Shown one piece after another: positions 8,940-17,753 of a stretch of 28,819 nt of DNA. The stretch lies in IMG/VR virus record IMGVR_UViG_3300048579_000399, positions 1 to 28,819 of that record; one strand, 5' to 3'. Under the pieces are notes generated by a model, which saw nothing but the letters and a program-made list of their open reading frames with translations, was not told the origin of the DNA and did no database searches. This stretch comes from a virus (Duplodnaviria; Caudoviricetes). Positions within the stretch are counted from its first letter, which is position 1; each line of letters starts with the position of its first letter. The translations under genes were made by a program, and so were the position numbers.

Positions 8940-10100
8940 TTAGCCGAGCAGAATGTTAATCGCTTCAGGCTTGATCGCCTTGACGCCCCAAGCCAGGCCG
9001 ACCTCATACGCCACCCGGCGGCGCTGGCGGTACATGGCCACCTGGAAGCTGATTCCGGTCTTTTCGTCTGTTACGACAGTCACATCATCCGCGGCATCGC
9101 CGCCTTCCGGCATGGCCGGGGTGCGCAGCATCAGATGGATCGCCGACCGGCTGAACGCCAGGTTGGCCGCATAGTTGCTGTTGATCGTCAGCGGGTCGTT
9201 GTTCGACCAGGCTGCCTGCAGGCCCGGGTTGGCCAGCACGATATCGCCGTCCACGCCTGTGGTTGTGGTTGCGCCAGTGGACACAACGTATTTATTCGAA
9301 TCCCGCCCGGTCTTGCTGTTGCTCAGAACATCGCCGGCCACGATCGTGCCCACACCGGTATCGACATGGACCGCCGTCTTGCCAGTGGCATAACCGGCGG
9401 TCAGGTCCACCAGGAAGCCGGTGCCGGTGCCCTTCGTGTGAGTCTTCACCTGGGCGCTTTCGCGGACCGCGAACCCCATCAGGTCCAGCAGCACGCCGCG
9501 CCGCAGCAGATCATCTCCGCCGGCGGTGTTTGCTTGCCAGAGCTCGGTGAGATTGCGCAGCGCGGCGCCGGCGGTCGTGTTGATCACGAGCTGCAAGTCT
9601 CCCATCGGAGCGCCGTTATCGGCCAGCATCTTGTGCAGTTGAGCCAAAAAGCTCAGCTTGTTGGTGCTGTCGAACGGGGTGGTACCGGCGGTGCCGTAGG
9701 CCCGACTGGCGTGGACGTATAGCGCGGCCAGGTCGGCCTCCACCAGGTTGACCAGCGCGCGCATCGCCTGGGCGAACTGGTCCTGCAGGATCACACCGTA
9801 CAGTCCGGCCAGGCCCTTCTGCTCCTCGGCCTCCCAGTAAAAGGTCGAGCTGTAGACCTTGCTGATGGTCATGGTATCCGAACCCTGGGTGGTGGCATCC
9901 GGATCCGGGCCGGTCGCAGCTGGCGAAATGGCGGTAGCGCTCAGGGCGGGCACGACCGGATAACGAATCGTCTGGTCTTTGGCGGCCATTTCTCCGCTCG
10001 CGTCCAGGGTGACCGCCGGGATGAAACCGGTCATCTCTCGCAGTACAATATCTTTCGCCGCGAAAATGGTGGGAATCAAATTGGTAAGGGTGTTAGCCAT
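8940..10100 (-). CDS. Major capsid protein (P22 coat-like family, HK97 fold)
   Basis: 386 aa with strong AAAGGAGG RBS; MANTLTNLIP..LAN/VEADLA..GISFQVAMY..WGVKAIKPE; no N-terminal delta domain. Confidence 0.88.
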   Translation of the reverse strand: MANTLTNLIPTIFAAKDIVLREMTGFIPAVTLDASGEMAAKDQTIRYPVVPALSATAISPAATGPDPDATTQGSDTMTISKVYSSTFYWEAEEQKGLAGLYGVILQDQFAQAMRALVNLVEADLAALYVHASRAYGTAGTTPFDSTNKLSFLAQLHKMLADNGAPMGDLQLVINTTAGAALRNLTELWQANTAGGDDLLRRGVLLDLMGFAVRESAQVKTHTKGTGTGFLVDLTAGYATGKTAVHVDTGVGTIVAGDVLSNSKTGRDSNKYVVSTGATTTTGVDGDIVLANPGLQAAWSNNDPLTINSNYAANLAFSRSAIHLMLRTPAMPEGGDAADDVTVVTDEKTGISFQVAMYRQRRRVAYEVGLAWGVKAIKPEAINILLG

Positions 10101-10141
10101 ATTCTTTCAGGACCTCCTTTGTCCTAAAAAATTGATACGGG

Positions 10142-10507
10142 TCAGTCTGTAACGGTTCCGCCGGAGCGGATAAATTTCGCGCGCGTCGGTAGGCCCATAG
10201 CATCGTAAGCCTGGCGCTTAATCGTGGTCGGCTGGCTCACGTCAGCAGGATCGGGCGCGGTAGTGGAAACCGGAACGAAGTTCTTGGCGATATCGTTCGG
10301 CCGGTTGGTCTTTTGCATCGCTTCATACAAAGCAGTGGCCTCATCCGCTTTTTTCTGAGCCTCATCCAACGCTGGCTTCAGAGAAAGCGCCTGCAGTTTG
10401 GCTTCGTCCGTTCCGTCGCGGAAGCGCGTATCGATCTCGTTCGCGATGCGCTGGACCTCCGCTTGCGCCGAATTCACGGCATCAAAATAAGGTTTTAGAT
10501 CAAGCAT
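10142..10507 (-). CDS. Head scaffolding protein (putative)
   Basis: 121 aa; coiled-coil N-terminus, Pro/Thr linker and short C-terminal helix-loop-helix (KRQAYDAMGLPTRAKFIRSGG); between protease and capsid genes. Confidence 0.65.
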   Translation of the reverse strand: MLDLKPYFDAVNSAQAEVQRIANEIDTRFRDGTDEAKLQALSLKPALDEAQKKADEATALYEAMQKTNRPNDIAKNFVPVSTTAPDPADVSQPTTIKRQAYDAMGLPTRAKFIRSGGTVTD

Positions 10508-11322
10508 GGTTCGTCCTTTCGTAAAATGGATTGAACTCGATCGCGAAGGGTTTGCGCCTCGCGCAGAACATCATCCGGAAGCGACGCCCCGTTTGGAGCT
10601 TCTTCCGGTGTATTCACGGGTTGAAGGGCCTGCAGCAGCGCAGGCGGCACGTGTGAGAAAATATGGAGGGCATTGACCACCGCCGTATTTTTCGGAATTT
10701 CCAGTTTTTTCGACTCGCCGCGGATAATCTCATCCACAAAACCAAGATCAGCCGCCTTCTGCGCGTCCATCCAGGTTTCATCGGCCATCAGTTTCGATAA
10801 CCGCGTCCGGCTCAGGCCGGTTTTGGTCTTATACGCATTCAAGATTCCTTCTTTGACGGCTTTCAGGCTGTCGAGCATTTTGGACATATCCTCGATGTTG
10901 ATCTGGGCCATGAAAAACACCATCGAAGGATCGTGGATCATAAAGTAGGCGGTTTCCTGCATCTGGATATGGTCCCCGGCGACCGCCACCACGGTGGCTG
11001 CCGATGCCGCGATACCGTCGATCTGTACAGTCACCTGGCCCGGGTAATCTTTGATGATTCCGTGCATCACGCTAGCGGCGATCACGTCGCCCCCATAGCT
11101 GTGCAGCCGGATTGTGACCGGTCCGCCTGCGCCGTGGGCATTCAGGTCGTCCCGGAACATCTTCGGGGTGACGTCGTCATCGAACCAGGAATACTCGGAG
11201 ATATATCCGTCCAGTTCGATCATGGGTTCTCCGCCATCGACGACATTGACCAGGTTCCAAAACGGTTGATGCGGCTTGGCATCGCCCTCGAAACAGCGAA
11301 TGGGATTATGCGAGGTTGGCAT
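10495..11322 (-). CDS. ClpP-type prohead maturation protease
   Basis: HSYGGDV, GIAASAAT (catalytic Ser), FMIHDP (His), ETWMDAQKAADLGFVD; start reassigned to ATG 11322 after GGAGG. Confidence 0.93.
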   Translation of the reverse strand: MPTSHNPIRCFEGDAKPHQPFWNLVNVVDGGEPMIELDGYISEYSWFDDDVTPKMFRDDLNAHGAGGPVTIRLHSYGGDVIAASVMHGIIKDYPGQVTVQIDGIAASAATVVAVAGDHIQMQETAYFMIHDPSMVFFMAQINIEDMSKMLDSLKAVKEGILNAYKTKTGLSRTRLSKLMADETWMDAQKAADLGFVDEIIRGESKKLEIPKNTAVVNALHIFSHVPPALLQALQPVNTPEEAPNGASLPDDVLREAQTLRDRVQSILRKDEPCLI

Positions 11323-12529
11323 TGCTTCCTCCATTGATTGGCAAAATATTCGCGGCCATGTAGTAGCGATCACCATCTGGATAAGCGCTCATATCTTCTT
11401 TTTCGCGGGCCTCGTTGGGTGAAAGCTGTCCGCTGCGAATCTGAATTTCATCCTTCTCAGCGCGGGCCTTGCTGTTCATACGTAAGATCGCTTCACGGAT
11501 GAATTTGAAGTACTCGGTAGGCTGTTCGGCCGCGGACAGCCAGCGGATCTTGGCCGCTTCTTCCCAGGGCACCAGGAAGCTGTCCAGGGTCGTGGTCAGA
11601 TAATCCAGGTTTTGCTGCTCATTGCTCTCGTAACTCTCTTTCCCCTGATTCAGCTTGTAAAGAGGCATCCCAAAAAAGTTGGCGATATCGACGTTGTTCG
11701 CCTGGATGCTCTCCAGGAACTGGGCATCTTTGAGCTGGATATTGATGGGCTCGAATTTCGTAATTTTGTTATCGAAAACAGCCAGTCGATAGGCGTTATC
11801 TGCCCCGCTCATAGTCTCTTCATAAGCCTGACGTACTTTTTCACGTGCATCATCATTTAATGAACCAGACATTTGCACGTAAGCCGCAGGCAGAAAGCCC
11901 TGAGAATAAAACTTCGATTGAGCCTTGTAAGCTCCGAGTTGGCGTCCGAAGGTTTCCCGGGCGAATGTAATCACCCCGCGGCCGCAAAAGCCCGTGGAAT
12001 CCGGATTAATCAGCAGGTGGAGGATTTCCACAGCGGGGATATAGGACGTTTTACCGTTGCTGAACATGTGGCGATACCACAGATTGCCGTCCAGATCGAA
12101 CACAGGAACCGTGCGGTCGGCCGGAAGCACCAGGAGCTGCCGCGGTCCGAGGACTGGGCTCCACAGGTAAGCATTCCCGTAGAAAAGCAGCCATTCGATG
12201 GTTGCTTTTTTGAATTGAAACGGTGTCCAGCCCCACAAGTTCGGGCTGACCTGAAGCAGATAGGCCATATTGCGGGTCACAGGATCGGGAGCGATCTGCA
12301 CGATACTCCGACCGTTCCGCCGCATGACTTGGAAAGGCATCTTCGCGACGTCATCTGAGATGATGTTCTTGGCCCGGTACGCGCTCGCAATCGATTGTGA
12401 ACGAGTAACCGTGACGAATTCGCCCGCCTGGGTGTGATACCCGATAGATGGAGCGTAATCGGAACTCGGCGAAATCGAACGGTCTTCCTTGATGATCGTT
12501 GGACCCGTGAATAAACTACTGAGGAGCAT
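11306..12529 (-). CDS. Portal protein, HK97 family
   Basis: 407 aa; ISDDVAKMPF, LLFYGNAY, EILHL, DAQFLES, IANFFGMP, SNEQQNLDY, SPNEAREKE. Confidence 0.96.
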   Translation of the reverse strand: MLLSSLFTGPTIIKEDRSISPSSDYAPSIGYHTQAGEFVTVTRSQSIASAYRAKNIISDDVAKMPFQVMRRNGRSIVQIAPDPVTRNMAYLLQVSPNLWGWTPFQFKKATIEWLLFYGNAYLWSPVLGPRQLLVLPADRTVPVFDLDGNLWYRHMFSNGKTSYIPAVEILHLLINPDSTGFCGRGVITFARETFGRQLGAYKAQSKFYSQGFLPAAYVQMSGSLNDDAREKVRQAYEETMSGADNAYRLAVFDNKITKFEPINIQLKDAQFLESIQANNVDIANFFGMPLYKLNQGKESYESNEQQNLDYLTTTLDSFLVPWEEAAKIRWLSAAEQPTEYFKFIREAILRMNSKARAEKDEIQIRSGQLSPNEAREKEDMSAYPDGDRYYMAANILPINGGSNANLA

Positions 12530-12692
12530 GGCGGCCTTTCACCTTTCCGATCAGCACGCCGAGCCCGATCAGCATCAACCCGGCGACGATCCATGTAATA
12601 ATCAGACTCCATAGGGACAGGCCGTACAGCACGCACACGCAGCCAGCCCACAGCAGGAGATCATCCACATACCTGGTCAGAAACCGGATCAT
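12516..12692 (-). CDS. Small two-helix membrane protein preceding the portal
   Basis: 58 aa from ATG 12692 (ATGA overlap, GGAGG RBS); two hydrophobic segments; a common position in HK97-like head modules. Confidence 0.7.
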   Translation of the reverse strand: MIRFLTRYVDDLLLWAGCVCVLYGLSLWSLIITWIVAGLMLIGLGVLIGKVKGRHAPQ

Positions 12693-13282
12693 TTCCCCTC
12701 CAGATACGGACCGAACAACGTGATCAACGGGCCTGACATCACTTTCACCCGTCTCCAATTGGGCAGCAGGTTTCGGGCATCTTCTTCCCAGGATTGGAGA
12801 TGATGCTGCAGTGGATAATGAAAGTGCGGTTTATCTTCATAGGGATGAAAATATTTCCTTTCACCCTGGTAGCAGTCCATCCCGCATAAAATGACCGGAT
12901 CGCATCCCATCCACAGCCCAAGCCAGGCGGCCGTCTGAGACGAGTAAAACCCGGTCCACACCGGCACATCGAACAAAATGTCAGAAGTCGGTCCTGGACT
13001 AACTTTTATGCCTTGAAAATCTCGGACAGCCGCCTCCAATAGTGGATCCGATTCAGGGTGATCGTTGTAAACCATGTAGGTAGGATCACATAACCGCATG
13101 GCATGGTAGTTCACTGCGATCAACAGGCAGCCAATAGGCAGCCGGGCCATATCACCAGGTAAACTCGGACCACCGCCAAGAATTGCAGCTGGCTGTCCAG
13201 CGCAAACGTCCTTCAACTGTGACATCAGCAGCTTCTCGCCGGATCGTTTCCGTAGAAACGTTTTCTCCCAATCAATGACCAT
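12689..13282 (-). CDS. Maf/DUF115-like (sialyltransferase-related) putative glycosyltransferase
   Basis: AILGGGPSL, LIAVN, SSQTAAWLGLWMGCDPVILCGMD match the Maf/MptE-like Rossmann domain pattern; start taken at the TGATG overlap with terL. Confidence 0.7.
   Translation of the reverse strand: MVIDWEKTFLRKRSGEKLLMSQLKDVCAGQPAAILGGGPSLPGDMARLPIGCLLIAVNYHAMRLCDPTYMVYNDHPESDPLLEAAVRDFQGIKVSPGPTSDILFDVPVWTGFYSSQTAAWLGLWMGCDPVILCGMDCYQGERKYFHPYEDKPHFHYPLQHHLQSWEEDARNLLPNWRRVKVMSGPLITLFGPYLEGK
13245..13260. repeat. parS-like palindrome, copy 1 (CGTTTCCGTAGAAACG)
   Basis: CGTTTC-N4-GAAACG dyad; 15/16 identical to the copies at 18267 and 23935. Confidence 0.6.
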
Positions 13283-14919
13283 CACATGCCCCAACCTTCC
13301 GAAAGAATCTCACTCGAAATATCTTCCTCAGTCGGAACCCCGAGCGCGAGCGCGTCACAGCGTGCCTGCCATGAAAGGATCCCGGCCATTGCAGCATCGA
13401 TCTTGAACGGCGAATCCGGCCGCTCTTTGTAGATCAGCCATAACGGTTCCCCGTTGTCGTCGACGAGGTTCAGATTCTTTCGAACCGCATTTCCGAGGTG
13501 CCGGGTATAGTGTTTATCCCCGACGTGGCGGACTTCACGGGCCTTAATAGCCGTGTCGAATGCCTTGATCGCGTAGGCCATCGGTTTGATCCGGTTGGTC
13601 CACCAGGCAATCACACGCTTTTCGCCATAGCGTCCGGCCCAGGTAGCGACCTGTGTTTCCCAGTAAGGGGGATCGCAGTACATCCGCCATACGTTGTAAG
13701 TGCTGAAAGCGAGATCGACGGTTGCGTTGATTTCCTCTTCCGGCGCTTCGTAGACGTAATCCGGATCCTTGCCGTCCAGGTTGGGCTTTTCCCACAGCCC
13801 GAGCAGGAACTGGCACCCGGTTCTGAGGTGCGTCCCGATCAGCGCGACCGAATCCCGCCAGCGGGCCCCATCAAAACCGAGAGTGATCGTATCGCCCGGG
13901 CGAATCGGATTGACGTCGACCGCGAGCGTTTTCCAGGTTTCCGTGTCGAAGGCCCGTTCCGAAGCCCGGACCAGCCGGTTGAGCCATACCCGTTCGAGAT
14001 AAGACTTATCGGCGGTCGGATCCTGCCATTGCTCGCAAATCCCATCGATGTCGCTCCATTCCGCCACCGGTCCGGAAGCCTCGATTACTGCGGCACGGAT
14101 CCCTTCCGGGGTCGAAAGGTCGTGTTTGTCAGAAGCCTGGCGATGGAAGAAGAACAGCCGGCTGTCTTGAATCTCTCCGGCGTCGACTTTACGCGCGTAT
14201 TCCATCGTGTCTTCCGCGACGGATCCTTCCCCTGGGCTTGGGGCGGTCGTGACTTCCAGACTCCAGGCGTCTGACTTCTTCCGCTTGGGCAGGTTCGCCA
14301 GCATCGTCCGGTGAGCAGCTTTCAGCCGGTCGAGACTCCACCGGTGCGTTTCATCGCAGACCTGAAAGGTCGTCCGAGCGCCATCACGTGAATCCGGAGA
14401 GCTCGACAGACTGACCGCTTTTCCATCCCCGCCGATTCGCATGATCCGCTCCAAACCGATATCAAAGTCATCGGCGATCTGGCTGTACATCAGAATGATC
14501 CGGAGCGCCCCGAAGGCGAGCTCGTCTGACTGCTCCTCGGTGTATGCCACCAGCGGTATGTATGGATCAGTGATTCCAATCCCCACTGGCTGTCCGTTGG
14601 CGTCGAATCCGTCACAGCGTACCGGCCCTTCTGGATGCAGTTCGCCCGCCGCGATCAACGCCGCGAATTCCGTTTTGGCGCTACCCTTACGCAGCGAGAG
14701 CGCACAGCGTTTGAAGCGGCGCCGGCCGGCTTGCGGATGACCTTTCGGGAAAACCTCGTACATCCGGTAAACCAGCGCCCGTTTTTCCTGATCCAGAACG
14801 ACCGGCTGACCACGCAGGTCACCAGGCCCATGCACCAGGTATCCTTCGATAAACGCGCATACCTGAGCACCCAGGCTTGGGTATGGGGTTTCATCTCTCG
14901 GAATCATCAAAACGCTCAC
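13282..14919 (-). CDS. terL: Terminase large subunit
   Basis: 545 aa; Walker A-like LRKGSAKT, Walker B QVCDETH, motif III VTTA, nuclease LGFDGA and KIDAAMA. Confidence 0.96.
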   Translation of the reverse strand: MSVLMIPRDETPYPSLGAQVCAFIEGYLVHGPGDLRGQPVVLDQEKRALVYRMYEVFPKGHPQAGRRRFKRCALSLRKGSAKTEFAALIAAGELHPEGPVRCDGFDANGQPVGIGITDPYIPLVAYTEEQSDELAFGALRIILMYSQIADDFDIGLERIMRIGGDGKAVSLSSSPDSRDGARTTFQVCDETHRWSLDRLKAAHRTMLANLPKRKKSDAWSLEVTTAPSPGEGSVAEDTMEYARKVDAGEIQDSRLFFFHRQASDKHDLSTPEGIRAAVIEASGPVAEWSDIDGICEQWQDPTADKSYLERVWLNRLVRASERAFDTETWKTLAVDVNPIRPGDTITLGFDGARWRDSVALIGTHLRTGCQFLLGLWEKPNLDGKDPDYVYEAPEEEINATVDLAFSTYNVWRMYCDPPYWETQVATWAGRYGEKRVIAWWTNRIKPMAYAIKAFDTAIKAREVRHVGDKHYTRHLGNAVRKNLNLVDDNGEPLWLIYKERPDSPFKIDAAMAGILSWQARCDALALGVPTEEDISSEILSEGWGM

Positions 14920-15186
14920 TTATACTTCTCTCCAAACGCCATGCTCGAGATAACCATGCCAAACTTGAACAAATCCGCCCTTACCATCGCCCTGAGAGAT
15001 CAAAATTGACGGGGTCACCGAAATCGTTCCGTCCGCATGCTCCGTAACTTGATGGTGAACCAGGTTGCCGATGTGGCAGCCCGGAGCCTTTGCGAACCAA
15101 ATCCCTGATTTCGGATCAAACCCGTAATCGCCTTCTGATAGGATCAAGTCACCTTCATCATCCGGATAAACCCGTTTTCCGTTCAT
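14920..15186 (-). CDS. Small DUF6527-like protein
   Basis: 88 aa coupled to terS (ATGA overlap) and abutting terL. EH.DGTISVTPSI..WHGYLEHGVW resembles my recollection of the DUF6527 pattern. Confidence 0.5.
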   Translation of the reverse strand: MNGKRVYPDDEGDLILSEGDYGFDPKSGIWFAKAPGCHIGNLVHHQVTEHADGTISVTPSILISQGDGKGGFVQVWHGYLEHGVWREV

Positions 15187-15635
15187 TGTTCCAAAACTCC
15201 TCGAGGATCCACGTCGACAATCGGCGCCTTCGACCGCTCAACGCGATTTTGCTCATGTTTGTCTTTTGCCTCTTCCGCTTGAGCGACCGTCCATTCCAAT
15301 CGCCGCCGGCTAAGTGGCGTCAGCCCAAACTCTCGTTCAAGCATGCGGATTTCTTTCGCCACGTTTAAGCTGCCCGTATTCCAAAACCGGTTCACCAGCA
15401 TCAACAGTCTGTACAACGCCGGCTCGTCTCCTCGCAGAAATTCGACGCTCATCGGCGAAGACCAAATGACTTTCCAATACTCTTTGGCCATCGCGTGCCA
15501 TTCTTCGCCATCTGGAAGCTTCGGAAGCTTCGGAGCTTTGGTCCTGGGCAGATTTTCAGCCGGAAGAATGGCTCGCGTTGAGGATTTATTTCGTCTCTGC
15601 CGTACAGCAGGGTCTTTTGGAAGCGGTCCGGGCAT
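15183..15635 (-). CDS. terS: Terminase small subunit (P27-like)
   Basis: MPGPLPKDP..RRNK N-terminus and EREFGLTPLSRRRL motif; between HNH and terL. Confidence 0.9.
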   Translation of the reverse strand: MPGPLPKDPAVRQRRNKSSTRAILPAENLPRTKAPKLPKLPDGEEWHAMAKEYWKVIWSSPMSVEFLRGDEPALYRLLMLVNRFWNTGSLNVAKEIRMLEREFGLTPLSRRRLEWTVAQAEEAKDKHEQNRVERSKAPIVDVDPRGVLEQ

Positions 15636-15713
15636 TTTTTGCCGCCTTTCCCTGGTTATGCCAAACCCGTACAGCAAAAAATCGTCCCTTGACGCGTTCT
15701 CATGCCAAAGATC

Positions 15714-16088
15714 CTAAACATTTTTAGGCCCCTTCCCCTTCGGACCGGCAAGTCCAGACTCGACGATCGTTTTACGCGAATGACATTCATGACAAAGTGA
15801 TTGGAATGGTCCACCAAAGAATCTGTTCGCGTCACCATGATGCGGTTCGATGTGGTCGACGTCTGTCGCCGGAACGAACGGCTTCCCGTCGCGTTCGCAT
15901 TCCTGACACCACGGATGAGAAGCCAATTGGTTTCTCCGGATCGCCTGCCATCTGCGCGAGTTATACAAACGCTTAACCGCCGGATCACGACGATCTTGGG
16001 AAGACGCATGCCGATCGCAGTATCCTCCTCCCCGTACCAGTTCCTGGCACCCGGGGTATGTACAAACAGACAGGGCCTTTTGTGGCAT
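15714..16088 (-). CDS. HNH endonuclease (packaging-associated, HK97 gp74-like)
   Basis: CTYPGC..YCDRH, PWCQEC, DVDHIEPH.GD, QSLCHECHSRKT; immediately upstream of terS. Confidence 0.93.
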   Translation of the reverse strand: MPQKALSVCTYPGCQELVRGGGYCDRHASSQDRRDPAVKRLYNSRRWQAIRRNQLASHPWCQECERDGKPFVPATDVDHIEPHHGDANRFFGGPFQSLCHECHSRKTIVESGLAGPKGKGPKNV

Positions 16089-16091
16089 GGG

Positions 16092-16823
16092 CTACCCTAC
16101 AAACCTCAGATACTCTTCACGCTGAAACCTCATGGCCACCCAGATCGACGCCTTCGAGGACAGGCACGCCCACGCATCCGTCCCAATTGTGCGAGTTGAC
16201 TCGACCATGACTTGCGCACCAGCAGGCAGCCGCCCAATGATTGCTTTCGGATCGAGCGCCGATGACTCATTCCGGACGTTGACTTCCTCTATGACCGTGG
16301 CCAGTTTATTTACAGCAGCATCTACAGCCAGGGAATTGTCCGCCGTGGACTGGATAGCCTCCTGGTCGCTGCGAATGCCGATCGTCGCGAGTGATGGCGC
16401 CGGATCCACTACGCCGGCCGGGTAGCCTGGCGTCTGGCAGCCCATGATTTTCACGGTCAGGTGCAGGTGGGGACCGGTCGAATTGCCCGTATTCCCGGTC
16501 GCCCCAATGATCTGGCCAGGCTGAACGGTCTGGCCCACTGTGACCAACAGTTTTGACAAATGAGCGTAAACGAGCTCGACCGTTTGGCCGTTGTCCGTCG
16601 ATACAGTCCGGATGTGAACACCGTAAGGACCACTGTTCACGGCTTCGGTGACTTTGGCTTGCTTACAGGACTGAACGGGCGTTCCTTCAGGCGCAGCCCA
16701 ATCCTGGCCTTCATGCCCGGCGAAACCGAACTGCTTATAAAATTCCGGGAACTGGCCAAAGGTACGAGTAATCGGGTAATCGCCATCCAGGGGAAAACAG
16801 TCGAGCTTTGCAATCGCTGTCAT
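16092..16823 (-). CDS. Endolysin: M23 metallopeptidase plus C-terminal SH3-like domain
   Basis: HEGQD (HxxxD), YAHLS, GNSTGPHLH (HxH); C-terminal VNVR..IIGRL..W is SH3b-like; start at ATG 16823 (ATGA overlap). Confidence 0.88.
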   Translation of the reverse strand: MTAIAKLDCFPLDGDYPITRTFGQFPEFYKQFGFAGHEGQDWAAPEGTPVQSCKQAKVTEAVNSGPYGVHIRTVSTDNGQTVELVYAHLSKLLVTVGQTVQPGQIIGATGNTGNSTGPHLHLTVKIMGCQTPGYPAGVVDPAPSLATIGIRSDQEAIQSTADNSLAVDAAVNKLATVIEEVNVRNESSALDPKAIIGRLPAGAQVMVESTRTIGTDAWACLSSKASIWVAMRFQREEYLRFVG

Positions 16824-17098
16824 TTTGTCACCACCTTCGGGAGGAACTGCGTCAAAAACCACAAAACACCTCCACCGATCACAGTCGAGGCTAATGCCCA
16901 TGCCGCAGTAGTAAGGGATTTCAATTGAGCTTCGATGCGAACTGTGGCATCCTCAACAGTTTTCAGCCGGGTTTTTGCACCCGGCTGTCCGTTTCCGTTG
17001 ATAAATTTGTCGTGCGCGTCTAATACATTCCGGAGATCGGTGACGTCTCCTTCCAAAACCTGGACGCGCACATTGAGGGTAGGGGATGCGGTCGCCAT
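16820..17098 (-). CDS. Small coiled-coil protein with C-terminal TM helix (lysis-cassette, XhlA-like architecture)
   Basis: 92 aa; heptad N-terminus with an NG.PG turn and one C-terminal hydrophobic helix; between holin and endolysin. Confidence 0.6.
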   Translation of the reverse strand: MATASPTLNVRVQVLEGDVTDLRNVLDAHDKFINGNGQPGAKTRLKTVEDATVRIEAQLKSLTTAAWALASTVIGGGVLWFLTQFLPKVVTK

Positions 17099-17101
17099 TG
17101 G

Positions 17102-17557
17102 TTAGCTCTCGGGAGATTCGGAGTTGAACTGATCTTTAACCGCTTTCTCAATCGCGGCCTCAATCAAGCCGACGTCCATCGTTACACCCTTGGCAGCCAG
17201 CCATTTCTGAGCTGTTTCAATGGCGTAGGTCCGCTTATCTTCAATCACACCCCCGGCGTTTGCTTGTTCAGCAGACAGAACGGCGAATTTAGCGCTTTGT
17301 TCCAGGATTTCCGCCAGGTCCGGCTTCTCGGATTCGAATTTCTGCCAGGCCTGTTTTGCCAGCGCCCGCAGCCAGGAAACTAACGGAATCAGGATGTACG
17401 GGATAACAACCAACAGGATCATCGTGGTGATGATCTGCCCCCAATCGATTGTTGCTGATGGATTGCTATCGGATGGCATCGGGCTGGCTGCCATTGACAG
17501 CAGGGCAACCAAGAGCACCAAGAAAAGCGTGAAAATGCGAATAGAGTGACGTTTCAT
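17102..17557 (-). CDS. Holin (LL-H-like)
   Basis: 151 aa; two hydrophobic segments; AVLSAEQ..G..K..A..WL..KG..IEAAIEKAV pattern; first late gene; AGGAGG RBS. Confidence 0.75.
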   Translation of the reverse strand: MKRHSIRIFTLFLVLLVALLSMAASPMPSDSNPSATIDWGQIITTMILLVVIPYILIPLVSWLRALAKQAWQKFESEKPDLAEILEQSAKFAVLSAEQANAGGVIEDKRTYAIETAQKWLAAKGVTMDVGLIEAAIEKAVKDQFNSESPES

Positions 17558-17583
17558 CCAAGCCTCCTGAACAGAAAATGGTT

Positions 17584-17635
17584 AAACGAAAAGCCCCCGA
17601 CGCAAACACTTTGACTAAGTGTCAGCGTCGGGGGC
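17584..17635 (-). terminator. Intrinsic terminator in the late leader
   Basis: Minus strand GCCCCCGACGC-TG-ACACTT-AGTCA-AAGTGT-TT-GCGTCGGGGGC-TTTTCGTTT: 11-bp plus 6-bp stem followed by a U-rich tract. Confidence 0.75.
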
Positions 17636-17703
17636 CAATCTCCCGACCTGGTAATTTTCTGCCTTATGGCCATACGAAAATTACCGGCTCAATTGTTAAG
17701 TTC

Positions 17704-17732
17704 ATAATAGCATTAATTAAGAGCAGGTGCAA
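17704..17732 (-). promoter_or_regulatory. Sigma70-type promoter facing the late genes
   Basis: TTGCAC-17 nt-TATTAT with an extended -10 TG, in the AT-rich intergenic gap between early and late genes. Confidence 0.75.
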
Positions 17733-17753
17733 TATGTGTTGGATCATCCATTA

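Noticed and set aside
15515-15538. Tandem GAAGCTTCG repeat in terS
   Set aside because: It simply encodes the KAPKLPKLP low-complexity linker.
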